A stretch of DNA of 64,000 bases from Kiritimatiellia bacterium (GCA_050949565.1 JBMNFY010000017.1:1504001-1568000); one strand, 5' to 3'. Positions 32,158 through 42,182 are shown, counted from the stretch's first letter. Notes: a model not told the origin generated them from the sequence alone. Program-made: numbers and translations.

Positions 32158-32225
32158 ATTAACCTGACTTAGCAGTGGGCGACGTGTCGACTGCCGGTCG
32201 GAGGAAGAAGGGAAGGACCAACACA

Positions 32226-33404
32226 ATGGCAAGAATTACGATTCCGGTTGAAGAGTTTAAACAGCGCGTTGCGAATGCGGCGAAACTCGTCCAAGCTAAG
32301 GGCCTCGACGTTCTGGTCGTCAACGGCTCCGAGGCGGACTACGCTGACACACGCTACTTCTCAAACTTCTGGCCTGTTTTCGAGCGCGTCGGTGTCGCGA
32401 TTGCAGCAAACGGCGAGGCGGCGCTCATGGTCGGCCCCGAATCAGAGGTCTTTGCTGACGATTTCAGTTGGATGGATCGCATCTGCGTCGTCTATCAGTA
32501 CCGCGAGAGCGCGAACCCCGCATACCCTGAGCTGAAGAGCGAGTCTTTCAAGGATGTTTTCAAGCGGCTCGGCGTGACCGGCGACAACATCAAGATCGGC
32601 GTCGCCGCCAAACTCAACACGAACGTCGTCCAGTACGAAGGCATTCGCGAGTGCTATCCGAAGGCCGAGATTATTTGGGCGGATGACATCATGCTCACCC
32701 TGCGCCGCATCAAGTCCGACAACGAAATCGCCTGCATCCGCGAGGCCGCCCGCATCACCGAGCTGGCGACTCACGCCGTGATGAAGGAGCTGCGGCCCGG
32801 GAAGACCGAGCTTGAACTCGTCGGCGTCGCGCAGAAGTGCATCTACGAGAACGGCGCTGAGTACGAAGGGCTGCCGATGTACTGCTTCTCCGAGAAGTCG
32901 ACGCGCCACGCGATCTCCCGCTCGAGCTACAAGAAGATCGAAGAGGGCGATATCGTGCAGCTCAACCTCTCCGCGAAGGTGTGCGGCTACTCGCCGTCGA
33001 TCGGCCTGCCGGTCTGCTGCGGCAAGCTGACGCCTGAGAAGCGCGAGCTGGTGCAGTTCGGCCTCGACGCCCACTACTGGACGGAAGAGCATTTGAAGCC
33101 CGGCGTTCCCGCATCTGAAATCGCCAAGGGCTTCATCAAGTTCTACGAGGAGCGCGGCAAGCGCGCCAACTACTTCTACGGCCCGTGCCACGGCACCGGT
33201 CTCATCGAGGTCGAGGCGCCTTGGATGGAGACCAGCTCTGATTACGTGCTGGAGCCGAACATGACGTTCCAGATCGATACGTTCGTGACCTCGCCGACGT
33301 TCGGACTCCGCTGGGAGAAGCCGGTCGCGATCACGAAGGACGGCTGCGTCAACCTCGCGCCGTCACAGATCGGCACCAATGGCCCGATCGAAGTATGTAA
33401 CTGA
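32226..33404 (+). CDS. M24 (pita-bread fold) hydrolase with altered metal ligands, creatinase-like
   Basis: LRRIKSDNEI, PGKTELEL, CHGTGL, GLRWE; ATG 32226 after AGGA. Confidence 0.8.
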   Translation: MARITIPVEEFKQRVANAAKLVQAKGLDVLVVNGSEADYADTRYFSNFWPVFERVGVAIAANGEAALMVGPESEVFADDFSWMDRICVVYQYRESANPAYPELKSESFKDVFKRLGVTGDNIKIGVAAKLNTNVVQYEGIRECYPKAEIIWADDIMLTLRRIKSDNEIACIREAARITELATHAVMKELRPGKTELELVGVAQKCIYENGAEYEGLPMYCFSEKSTRHAISRSSYKKIEEGDIVQLNLSAKVCGYSPSIGLPVCCGKLTPEKRELVQFGLDAHYWTEEHLKPGVPASEIAKGFIKFYEERGKRANYFYGPCHGTGLIEVEAPWMETSSDYVLEPNMTFQIDTFVTSPTFGLRWEKPVAITKDGCVNLAPSQIGTNGPIEVCN

Positions 33405-33500
33405 CAAAACAAGTCGTTTCTCACACGAAGACACGAAGGGCACGAAGGAAAATGGATTGTCCTGAAAAACCATTGTGTCCTTTGTGCCTTTGTGTGAGAT
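33405..33500. repeat. ~95-bp palindromic 9-mer element (family D)
   Basis: caaaacaag..tctcacacgaagacacgaagggcac..gtgcctttgtgtgagat; second copy at 51150-51246. Confidence 0.8.
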
Positions 33501-33540
33501 AAAATTTTGCAGGCTTTGCCTGCATCTGGAGGTTAAGAAC

Positions 33541-34281
33541 ATGCGTTATGAATTGATGCGTCCGTCACAGATCCGGGAAGCGATTGAAAAGCGCACCCCG
33601 GTCGTGCTACCCTTGGGTGTACTTGAGTATCATGCCGAACATCTTCCCGTCGGCATGGACACGCTGGCTGTTGAGCGCGCGCTCTATGAGTACGAGAAGA
33701 TTGCGGAAATTGTCATCCTCCCCAGCTTCTACTGGGGAGCCTCCTCGCGGGCTGTCGCGCCGTGCGAAGGCCGCGGCTCCATCCCTGTCAATTCGCAGGC
33801 GTTGGTGCCGATCGCGCGGGAGATCTTCCGCGGGCTGCTCGACGTCGGGTTCCGCAACATCCACACGATCATCCACCACCAATCAGAGGACTTCAACGCC
33901 GGCATGCCGACGGACCTCGCGTTCCGTCTCGCATCCCGTCAGGTGATCATGGAGTTCCTCGAAGAGAAGCGGGGCGATGGCTGGTGGGGCGATCCCTCAA
34001 GCGCGTCGTACTATGACGATCACGACAACCTGGACGCGAATCCGTTCATCTGGATCCAGAACCATGCGCTCATGGATGCAGAAGTGCTTGCAAAATATCC
34101 GTTCGACCACGCCGGAGAAGGCGAGACCTCGCTCATGATGTCTCTCTGCCCCGACACCGTCAACATGGATGAGTTTGACAAGTCCGCCTGGTATGCGGAA
34201 ACCGCTCTCAAGGCATCCAAGGAAACCGGTGACAATGGCGTCAAGATGATCCTCGATCACTTCCGCCGCATCTTAAAGTGA
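33541..34281 (+). CDS. Creatininase / cyclic amide hydrolase family protein
   Basis: PLGVLEYHAEHLPVGMD, DHAGEGETS; GGAGG before ATG 33541. Confidence 0.85.
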   Translation: MRYELMRPSQIREAIEKRTPVVLPLGVLEYHAEHLPVGMDTLAVERALYEYEKIAEIVILPSFYWGASSRAVAPCEGRGSIPVNSQALVPIAREIFRGLLDVGFRNIHTIIHHQSEDFNAGMPTDLAFRLASRQVIMEFLEEKRGDGWWGDPSSASYYDDHDNLDANPFIWIQNHALMDAEVLAKYPFDHAGEGETSLMMSLCPDTVNMDEFDKSAWYAETALKASKETGDNGVKMILDHFRRILK

Positions 34282-34292
34282 GTGTCTGAAAT

Positions 34293-35324
34293 ATGAAAAT
34301 TCACCTTCGTAACGAGTTTTTTTCCGAGGTGAAGCGCACGCTTGTCGAGAGCGGAGAGTTCAAGGCCGAAACCTTCCGCTACTCGACCGGCGTCGATGCG
34401 CTTAAAGTGTCCAACTCGCGCGGATCGTTCACGATCCTGCCCTTCATGGGGCAGATGATCTGGCGCTGCGACTTCGACGGACGTGAACTCACCATGAAGT
34501 CCATATACGCGGAGCCCAAGGACTGCGTCACGTGCTTCAACGAGTCGTACGGCTGCTTCATGATGCACTGCGGGCTCACCGCGATCGGCAACCCGACTGC
34601 GGAAGACACGCACGTCGGCCACGCGGAGCTGCCGATCATCCGCTACAAAGAGGCGTACATCGAGTTCGGCAATGACGAACTTGGCGAGTACGTCGCTGTC
34701 GGCGGTACGGCATATCATGACATGTGCTTCACCTACAACTACGCGTTCTCGCCGCGCGTTGTTCTCCGCAAGGGAGCTGCGAAACTTGATATCATCGTGA
34801 CGGCAAAGAACCTCAAGGATCTGCCGCTGGAGTACTATTACCTCTGTCACATCAACTACCGTCCGGTCAACGGCTCGAAGATCGTCGAATCTCCGCTTGC
34901 GAAAAAGCCGATCATCAACCACGAAGTGCCGGCGGACTATCACAAGCCGTGGGCAGACGCAACGAACAAGTGGCTGGCCGTGCTGGACAAGGACTACAAG
35001 GCGCAGTCTATCGTCGGCGCGAAAGGCGAGTCCTACAAGCCGGAAATCGTGAACTGCTACTTCCACAAGCCCGACAAGGACGGCTGGGCGTTCGTGAAGC
35101 AGGTGTATCCGAAAGGCGGCGGCGTGTTCGTGCGTTACCGTCCGGAGGAACTCCCCTACGCGACGCGCTGGATTGCGCGTACGAAGGATGAGGACGCGAT
35201 GGGCATGTGCCTCCCGGCAACGGCGGAGCACAAGGGACGGCTCTGCTGCCGCGCGAACAACCAGCAGCGCACCCTCGCGCCCGGCGAGTCAGTTACATTC
35301 CATGTTGAGACGGGAATACTTTAA
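34293..35324 (+). CDS. DUF4432 / aldose 1-epimerase-like protein
   Basis: FRYSTGVDAL, LPFMGQMIW, HCGL..G.P..EDTH..HAELP, YLCHINYR, LPATAE. Confidence 0.75.
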   Translation: MKIHLRNEFFSEVKRTLVESGEFKAETFRYSTGVDALKVSNSRGSFTILPFMGQMIWRCDFDGRELTMKSIYAEPKDCVTCFNESYGCFMMHCGLTAIGNPTAEDTHVGHAELPIIRYKEAYIEFGNDELGEYVAVGGTAYHDMCFTYNYAFSPRVVLRKGAAKLDIIVTAKNLKDLPLEYYYLCHINYRPVNGSKIVESPLAKKPIINHEVPADYHKPWADATNKWLAVLDKDYKAQSIVGAKGESYKPEIVNCYFHKPDKDGWAFVKQVYPKGGGVFVRYRPEELPYATRWIARTKDEDAMGMCLPATAEHKGRLCCRANNQQRTLAPGESVTFHVETGIL

Positions 35325-35326
35325 TC

Positions 35327-37504
35327 ATGAAAAAAACCTGTGTCGTTCTTGCCGTGGCAGCGTTCGCCGCCATCGGCGCCTTTGCTGATGTCGTCATCGA
35401 GAACCCCCGCTTCCGCTTTGTCCTTGGTGACGACGCCAAGGCGAAGTCGCTCGTCCTCAAAGCGACGGGCGAGGAGCTTCTCGATCTGAACGAGGATCTC
35501 AGGGCCTTCGCGGTCATCCAGAACCGTCCGTTCAACAACGAGGTGAAGCTCACATTCCCGAACAAACGCACCGAGTACCGCGCGGATCGCGTACGTCGCG
35601 TGGGCGATTTCCTCTACATCGGCTTTGAACTCATCTCCTACGAGGCACAGCTCAAAGTCACCGAGGCCGCCGATTATGTGACGTTCGAGCTTGTGGACTT
35701 CCCGCTCGGCCCGAGGGGATCGAACGGGCTCAAGATGACCTACCCGCCGGTGGACGTCATGAAGATCTTGGATCTGCCGGTCAAGAACCGCACATACTTC
35801 GGCGGCTGGCTCAACGTCAGTTGGGACGATGCTGCGGCGGTCGCGGTTGTCGCCGCCGAACCGTACACCTGGATCGACAACTCACGACGCCACGGCTTCC
35901 GGCTGATGACCGCCGAAGCCCACCGCAACCTGAAACTGCGCGGCGCGAAAACAGCGCTGGTCGTTGCTGCAACGGGCAACTTCATGGATGCCATGGATGC
36001 CTTTGAGCGCGATCTGGGGCTTCCCCGCGGCGTCCAAAGCCGCCGCTCGCAGGAAATCAAGTCGTCGATCTACTGGAGTTCCGGCGTGCGGCCGTCCACG
36101 GTCGACCGGCACCTCGCCTACGCGAAACAGGGCGGCTTCCGCAACATGCTGATTTATTATCCCGCGATCTGCAAGGGCGCCAAGGGCGACGGCGGTTACG
36201 GCGGCATCGCCGACTACGAGTTGCTGGACGAGTACGTGAACGGTTACGATTCGCTCAAAGAGATGCTGGCAAAAATCAAGGCGGCGGGCATCACGCCGGG
36301 ACTGCACGTTTTGCAAACCTTTATCGGTTTCAAGACGCGTTATGTCACGCCTGTCGCCGATCCGCGGCTCAACCTGACGACGCATTTCACGCTGGCGAAA
36401 TCCCTCGGCAAAGAGGACGGCGATGTCTGGGTGCATGAAGATCCGTCGAATTGCCCGACCAACGAAGCGAGCCGCATCCTCGCCTTTGGCGGGGAACTCA
36501 TAAGCTACGAGGGATTCACAACCGAGCGCCCCTACAAGTTCACCGGCGTGAAGCGTGGTGCAAAGGAAACAACCATCGTCGAGCATCCGAACGGACAGAT
36601 CGGCGGTATTCTCGATGTCTGCGAGTTCGGCGGTGTAAGCTGTTACATTGACCAGAACACCGACCTGCAAGATGAGGTCGCAGAAAAGATCGCAAAAATC
36701 TATAATTGCGGTTTCGAGTTCATGTACTGCGACGGCTCGGAGGGCGTCAACGTTCCTCAGGGCATCCACGTCCCCAACGCCCAATACCGCGTTTGGAAAA
36801 AGTTCGACAAGAAGCCGCTCTTTATGGAGGGCGCAGCCAAGGCGCACTTCGGCTGGCATCACCTGAGCGGCGCGAATGCCTTCGACGTTTTCCCGCCAGA
36901 AATTTTTAAGGATATGATTGTCCGTTGGCCGCTTTACGCCGCTCCGATCATGCGGCAAGATTTCAGCCGACTCAATTTCGGTTGGTGGGGCATATACCAG
37001 CCGTCGGATAAATCTGTCGGCACGCAGCCTGACATGTGGGAGTTCGGCACGTCAAAGGGCGCGGCTTGGGATTGTCCCGCAACGATCCAGTTCAACTTGC
37101 CGGCCCTCGAAAAGCACCCGCGCATGGCGGATCTTCTGGAGGTCATGCGCCGCTGGGAGGATGTCCGTGCGAAGAAGTGGCTCACCGATGCGCAGCGGGA
37201 AGCGCTCAAGGATCCGAAACGCGAGTTCCACCTGTATCTTGATGACAAGGGCGCGTACACGCTTTACGAGATCGAGATGCTTCCGGCCAGCGCTGAGGCG
37301 AAATTGTTGCGCGGGTTTGTCTTCGAGCGTGACGGCAAGCGCGTCGTCGCCTACTGGCATACGCGCGGCGAAGGCGAGTTCACGTTGGACTGGGCCGGTC
37401 CGAAAACGCTCAAGGCAGACAAGATGCGCTATCTTGAAACACCCATGACAAAAGCCGAGATCGCCAAAGCTTTCTCGACGGCTAAGGAAGGCGGCACAAA
37501 ATGA
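35327..37504 (+). CDS. Secreted glycoside hydrolase-like protein of unknown family
   Basis: Signal peptide; TIM-barrel-like segments AGITPGLH and GFEFMYCDGSEG; sugar operon context. Confidence 0.5.
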   Translation: MKKTCVVLAVAAFAAIGAFADVVIENPRFRFVLGDDAKAKSLVLKATGEELLDLNEDLRAFAVIQNRPFNNEVKLTFPNKRTEYRADRVRRVGDFLYIGFELISYEAQLKVTEAADYVTFELVDFPLGPRGSNGLKMTYPPVDVMKILDLPVKNRTYFGGWLNVSWDDAAAVAVVAAEPYTWIDNSRRHGFRLMTAEAHRNLKLRGAKTALVVAATGNFMDAMDAFERDLGLPRGVQSRRSQEIKSSIYWSSGVRPSTVDRHLAYAKQGGFRNMLIYYPAICKGAKGDGGYGGIADYELLDEYVNGYDSLKEMLAKIKAAGITPGLHVLQTFIGFKTRYVTPVADPRLNLTTHFTLAKSLGKEDGDVWVHEDPSNCPTNEASRILAFGGELISYEGFTTERPYKFTGVKRGAKETTIVEHPNGQIGGILDVCEFGGVSCYIDQNTDLQDEVAEKIAKIYNCGFEFMYCDGSEGVNVPQGIHVPNAQYRVWKKFDKKPLFMEGAAKAHFGWHHLSGANAFDVFPPEIFKDMIVRWPLYAAPIMRQDFSRLNFGWWGIYQPSDKSVGTQPDMWEFGTSKGAAWDCPATIQFNLPALEKHPRMADLLEVMRRWEDVRAKKWLTDAQREALKDPKREFHLYLDDKGAYTLYEIEMLPASAEAKLLRGFVFERDGKRVVAYWHTRGEGEFTLDWAGPKTLKADKMRYLETPMTKAEIAKAFSTAKEGGTK

Positions 37505-38523
37505 ATCCAATACTCGGCATGCTTATCTTCACCTGCGGCGGTCTCGCGGGTGCGACGTTTCTGCTGCCCGCCCGCTATGTGAAGGGGTGGGCGTATGAAT
37601 CGTGGTGGTTCGTATACGTCTTTATCGGACTGATCATCTGTCCGCCGGTGATCTGCACTTTCACCGTTCCCGACTTCTGGAACGTCGTCATGTCAGCCCC
37701 GAAAGCGGTGCTGCTGCGCTGCGCTGGCTTCGGTATGATGTGGGGCGTCGGCGCGCTGGCTTGGGGGCTCATGGTGCGCTACCTCGGCATCGGGCTCGGG
37801 CTGGCGATCGGCTGCGGCCTCTGTGCCGCCACCGGAACGCTCATCCCGCCGATCGCGACCGGTCACGCCGCCGATCTTGTCAAAGACGCTGCGGCGCTTA
37901 CGGTGCTCGGCGGTGTGTTCGGCTCTCTGGCCGGCATTGTCTTTGTCGGTCTCGCGGGCAAGCTCAAAGAAGACGAGCTGCCCGAAGAGGAGAAAAAGAA
38001 GGCGGTCATGGAGTTCGACTTCAAGAAGGGCATTATCACCGCGATCATCGCGGGCATCTTCTCCGCAGGGATGAACTTCGGCCTGCAGGGCGCGGGCGTG
38101 ATCGAAGAAGCCGCAGTCAAGGCGGGGGCGAACCCCTGCTGGCGCGGCATGCCGGTCATTATGGTCGTACTCTGGGGCGGGTTCATCGTCGAAGCGGCGT
38201 GGTGCTTCCAGCAGAACTGGAAGAACAAGACCTTCGGCGACTATGCGAAGCCTTCGCTCCGCAACATCCTCCTCTGCGCGGCGATCGGGATCATCTGGGT
38301 CATGCAGTTCGTCTGCACCAAAGCCGGCGAGCCCCTGATGGGCGACCTCAAGTACATCTCCTTCGCGATCATGATGGCTTCGACGATCCTCTTTTCCACG
38401 ATCATCGGCGTGATGACGGGCGAATGGAAAGGAACAAGCACCAAGACCAAAGCCTATCTCGCATTCGGCACGGCGATACTCGTCGTCTCCTTCTGCGTGA
38501 TCTCCTTCGCCTCCAAACCTTGA
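37501..38523 (+). CDS. rhaT: L-rhamnose/proton symporter RhaT family
   Basis: VKGWAYESWW, GLMVRYLGIGLG, GTLIPPI, GEWKG. Confidence 0.8.
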   Translation: MNPILGMLIFTCGGLAGATFLLPARYVKGWAYESWWFVYVFIGLIICPPVICTFTVPDFWNVVMSAPKAVLLRCAGFGMMWGVGALAWGLMVRYLGIGLGLAIGCGLCAATGTLIPPIATGHAADLVKDAAALTVLGGVFGSLAGIVFVGLAGKLKEDELPEEEKKKAVMEFDFKKGIITAIIAGIFSAGMNFGLQGAGVIEEAAVKAGANPCWRGMPVIMVVLWGGFIVEAAWCFQQNWKNKTFGDYAKPSLRNILLCAAIGIIWVMQFVCTKAGEPLMGDLKYISFAIMMASTILFSTIIGVMTGEWKGTSTKTKAYLAFGTAILVVSFCVISFASKP

Positions 38524-39680
38524 TGAAAATTCACAACGTCTTTATTTTGGGGCTGGCCGTCGCCGTTTCGTTGACGCTGAAGGCAGCTTCTCCTGTTGAC
38601 CTCTCTCCTATCAAGGAACTGTTGTCTATTCCATCCGTATCCGCCGATGTCGCTGCAAACGATAAGGCGATAGATTGGATGAGGGGGTATCTCGAAAGCC
38701 GTGGCGTCTGGTGCGTTGTCGAGACGTTCCCGAAGGATGGGCGCAAGATCCTGTACGCCGCAACAAAACCCGGTCTGAAGGCCCCAGACTATGTTCTCGT
38801 CACCCATCTTGACGTCGTTGCGCCGGCATCGCCGGCGCAATTCGTACCTGTGGAGCGCGAGGGGCATCTCTATGCGCGTGGCGCCTGTGATACAAAAGTC
38901 AACGCCTTTTGCGGTGCCGAGGCGCTGATTCGACTGAACGGACGCGCGTCCGTCGGCTGCGTGTTCGCGTCAGACGAGGAAATCGGCGGTAATACGACCA
39001 AGCACATGGTTTCGCTTGGTTACGGACATCCCCAAAAAGCAGTCGTCGTCCTGGATGCAGGTTCGATGAGTCCGGACATACGGTACGCCTGTAAAGGGAA
39101 CGCCTATTACAAGGTCACGGCGACTGGGAGGTCGGGGCATTCGGCCAGACCGGAGGCGTGTGATAATCCGATTTATAAGTTGGCCGAGGCCGCGATGAAA
39201 ATCCGTGACGCCTATCCGCACCAGAAGCCGGGTGAGTATGGCAACGTCGCCTCGGTCACGATCATCGGAGGCGGCGATTCGCAGAACCGCATTCCCGAAA
39301 CGGCGTCAATGACCGTCAACGTGCGGTTCGTGTCCGGCGGGCTAGAAGATCAGCGGGCGCTTGTCGAGCGCATAACGGGGCTGAAGACGGAGTTGATTCG
39401 CGGGACGGATGCCGCTATCAGCCGACCGGACGATCCGGAAATCCTGCGCATGCAGCGCCTTATGAAGGCGGCCTATCCCGAACGTGCGTGCGACATCGTC
39501 AGGGGTCTGGGTGCGAACGATTCGCGCTACTTCCCGCAGTTCGGGAAGCCGATGATGACCGTATCAATGGATCACGATGGCGGCCACACCGACAACGAGT
39601 GGTGCAGCGTGCGAGACATCCCCCGCTTCATCGGACTCTTGATGGCATATCTGGCACCGCCAGATGTCATCGGGAAGTAA
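38523..39680 (+). CDS. M20 family amidohydrolase/peptidase with signal peptide
   Basis: TGATG coupling to rhaT; HLDVV, ARGACDTK, DEEIGG, GHTDNE. Confidence 0.85.
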   Translation: MKIHNVFILGLAVAVSLTLKAASPVDLSPIKELLSIPSVSADVAANDKAIDWMRGYLESRGVWCVVETFPKDGRKILYAATKPGLKAPDYVLVTHLDVVAPASPAQFVPVEREGHLYARGACDTKVNAFCGAEALIRLNGRASVGCVFASDEEIGGNTTKHMVSLGYGHPQKAVVVLDAGSMSPDIRYACKGNAYYKVTATGRSGHSARPEACDNPIYKLAEAAMKIRDAYPHQKPGEYGNVASVTIIGGGDSQNRIPETASMTVNVRFVSGGLEDQRALVERITGLKTELIRGTDAAISRPDDPEILRMQRLMKAAYPERACDIVRGLGANDSRYFPQFGKPMMTVSMDHDGGHTDNEWCSVRDIPRFIGLLMAYLAPPDVIGK

Positions 39681-39696
39681 AGGAAGCCCCTTTGAA

Positions 39697-39867
39697 CCTA
39701 AAAAGAGCAGTTGAACCTTCAACGCTCTTTGGTTTCTGGTTTCAGGGTTTCTGGTTTCAGGGTTTCATCCAAATCGGGATCGGGATCGCTATCGGGATCG
39801 ATTGTTTAACCACGGAATACACTAAACACACGGAAACAGAGCCATGCCTTTCCGTGTGTTCGGTGTG
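39697..39867 (-). mobile_element. Partial MITE family B copy
   Basis: Begins CCTAAAAAGAGCAGTTGAA; reverse complement of the right part of 61006-61288. Confidence 0.8.
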
Positions 39868-39904
39868 AGAAAAACCCGAACCATGCCCCTTGCGTTCTCT
39901 GCGG

Positions 39905-41512
39905 CTATTCTGCGGCAATCTCGAAACTGCGGATCGAATTGCGCCGCCAGAAATCTGTGAATGCCTTTTGAAACTTCGTCATGTCGATGTTTTCGAAAGC
40001 TGTTTCCGTGGCGGTGGCAGCGTTCTTTGTGGCGGCCAAACTGTTCAGGTATGCGTCGAGAATACCGGCGTAGGCATCCAGTTTTTCCTCTGGAACGCCT
40101 CGGCGCAAGAAGTAGATTAGAGCCCAAGCGGTAGTGTAGTTGAGCGTGCGTTGTTCCTTAGAGCTTTTGTAGAAGTCGTTATACTCGTATTTAAGCAGTT
40201 TCGGTATCAACGCCGCCGCAGCATCCAGATTGCGTCCCAGATGATTGGCGCGCGAGTTCTCGGATATCGTGATGCGTCCCCGGCTGCCAACTTGAGCGGC
40301 TTCGAAGAAACAGGCATGCCCTTCGTTGTACCACACAGCGTTGGGGATCATGTTGCAGGCATAGAAGAGGTATTGGTGGAAGCTTTCGTGCGTGATGACG
40401 CGCATGGTCTGCTCGCGCTCTTTGTCTTGCGCAAGGATCACCAGCTCGCGCCGTGTCGGTATCCAAAACCCGACACTCCACTCATTGTCTTGGCCCACGT
40501 ACTGTTTGTACGCTTCCGACTCTTGATAGATGCGTACGACGCTGACGTCGGTGTTGTCGGTGAACGGCGGTATCAGACTCATAAAAGCGCTGCGCAGCAC
40601 CGGCATGTTCTTTTGCAGATCGCGCACCAGAGCCTTGCCCCCGGCACTGCGTATATCCGAAAGAAAGATATATTCGGGCGTCTCGGCATACCACCACCCT
40701 TTCATGTTGGCGATGCTTTTACGCGCGGCTGTTCGGCTGGGATGTTCCGGTATGTTCGCCGCAGACGGAACGGACGGTTTGTTCTCTGTTCCCGTGACGG
40801 GCAGGCTTGACCTCGGCAAAGCCGTAACGTTTATCAGGAACTGCGTTTCAAAATCTTTGCGGACCTTACTTTCCGGAGTGTCGTCACCAATCTTGATCAC
40901 AACGCAGAACCATTCCGACGGCACGGTCTTGCCGTTCGGCAGGCGGGACTTGGCGCGAAAGGCGTAAACCAAGGCAGCGGATTCCTCCACCGGAAAAAAC
41001 AGCGCGTGGGTCAAGTTGAATCCGGTGCGCAGGTTCTCTGGCTGAAGCGGGGTACAGCCGGAAAAATCTTTGACCCACGTCATCAGGGATGCGTTGTTCT
41101 CAGGATCGAACTCCGTGGCCGGGTCGGTCATCGCCGTTTCGAAATCTTCACGCGGGACATGCTTTGTATTCGTTTCGATGTGCGGCAACAGACGCGAGGC
41201 CCGCCCGAAGATCATCACGTTTCCCGCGTTATCGCGCCATTGTCCGACATTTTGCGTGGCGTACCAAAGCTCGTACGCATCGAACCTGTCTTGCTTGTAA
41301 CTCTCGCCGTCACGCGTGAACGTATAGGTGTAGGTCTTGTGCGTGGGTAGCGGTTCCGGCACCGACCCACCGAGCACACGCATCCGCAAGCCGATCTCAG
41401 GATAGTTTTTGTCAGCACGGAATGAAGGCGCCGACAGTACTGGTATCGCCACTACCGATGCCAACAAGAGCATGTAAACCAAGCGCGTAAAAAACTGATC
41501 GTAAACAAGCAT
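39905..41512 (-). CDS. Secreted zinc metalloprotease-like protein (DUF1570/gluzincin)
   Basis: THESFHQY plus WYNEGHACFFE; start 41512 or 41473. Confidence 0.75.
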   Translation of the reverse strand: MLVYDQFFTRLVYMLLLASVVAIPVLSAPSFRADKNYPEIGLRMRVLGGSVPEPLPTHKTYTYTFTRDGESYKQDRFDAYELWYATQNVGQWRDNAGNVMIFGRASRLLPHIETNTKHVPREDFETAMTDPATEFDPENNASLMTWVKDFSGCTPLQPENLRTGFNLTHALFFPVEESAALVYAFRAKSRLPNGKTVPSEWFCVVIKIGDDTPESKVRKDFETQFLINVTALPRSSLPVTGTENKPSVPSAANIPEHPSRTAARKSIANMKGWWYAETPEYIFLSDIRSAGGKALVRDLQKNMPVLRSAFMSLIPPFTDNTDVSVVRIYQESEAYKQYVGQDNEWSVGFWIPTRRELVILAQDKEREQTMRVITHESFHQYLFYACNMIPNAVWYNEGHACFFEAAQVGSRGRITISENSRANHLGRNLDAAAALIPKLLKYEYNDFYKSSKEQRTLNYTTAWALIYFLRRGVPEEKLDAYAGILDAYLNSLAATKNAATATETAFENIDMTKFQKAFTDFWRRNSIRSFEIAAE

Positions 41513-41534
41513 GATGCACCTCGCCTTTTGTTGA

Positions 41535-41635
41535 AAGTCTTTTGCAAAATCCCTTGCTTGCAGGTGTGGTACGGGCATCTTGCCCGTGTTTCATGGGCGA
41601 GACGCCCATGCCACGAGGGGTTGTGCAAGAGCCTT
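41535..41635. mobile_element. MITE family A
   Basis: Degenerate TIRs ..TTTGCAAAA / TTGTGCAAGAGCCT around the REP-like doublet. Confidence 0.8.
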
Positions 41636-41699
41636 GTCGTGGAACGCCCGTAATAATAAGAACCTTCCGCCGGAGAAACCATCAAAAAGAGAATCTGAA

Positions 41700-42182
41700 C
41701 TATCGCACTATCGAAAACACCAACAGGGCATCGCCATGGCGGATGTAGAGCCGTCCACCGGCGATCACCGGATGGGGCCAATGCGCACCATTGCCGCGAT
41801 CGATCTTCACGGTGCCGACCAGTTCACCGCCATCCGGCCCGGCTCGGACCAGTCCCACCACGCCCTTTGACCCATAATAGCTCTTGCTCCATTCCTCTCC
41901 ATAGGCTATCCGCTGTTGCAGGTTGCCATCGAGGTCGAACACGGAAACGAAGCCCTCCTTGCTGCCCCGGGGTAAGCCCATCGCGTAAATCCTGCTGTCG
42001 ACCACGGTCACCGAGGAATAGCCGTCTCCCAGCCCATCCGCCACCCACAGCCGCTTGGGGCCGTTTTCACCCCAGGTTTTCAGAAGACCGGTCTCCGGCG
42101 AGTGGCCGTCCCGATTCAACCCGCGCCATTGGGGGCCAGTCCGCGCCAAGACCAACAACCACCAGACCAAGGAGCACGCCAA
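41700..42182 (-). pseudogene. PQQ-like beta-propeller gene with large internal deletion
   Basis: Family N-terminus PQWRGLNRDG..GLLKTW..GYSS joined almost directly to C-terminus HWPHPVIAGGRLYIRHGD; only 160 aa. Confidence 0.7.

Noticed and set aside
37602-38522. 307-aa N-terminal extension of the 692-aa ORF overlapping rhaT
   Set aside because: Arg/Gly-rich off-frame shadow; the M20 gene starts at 38523 with a signal peptide
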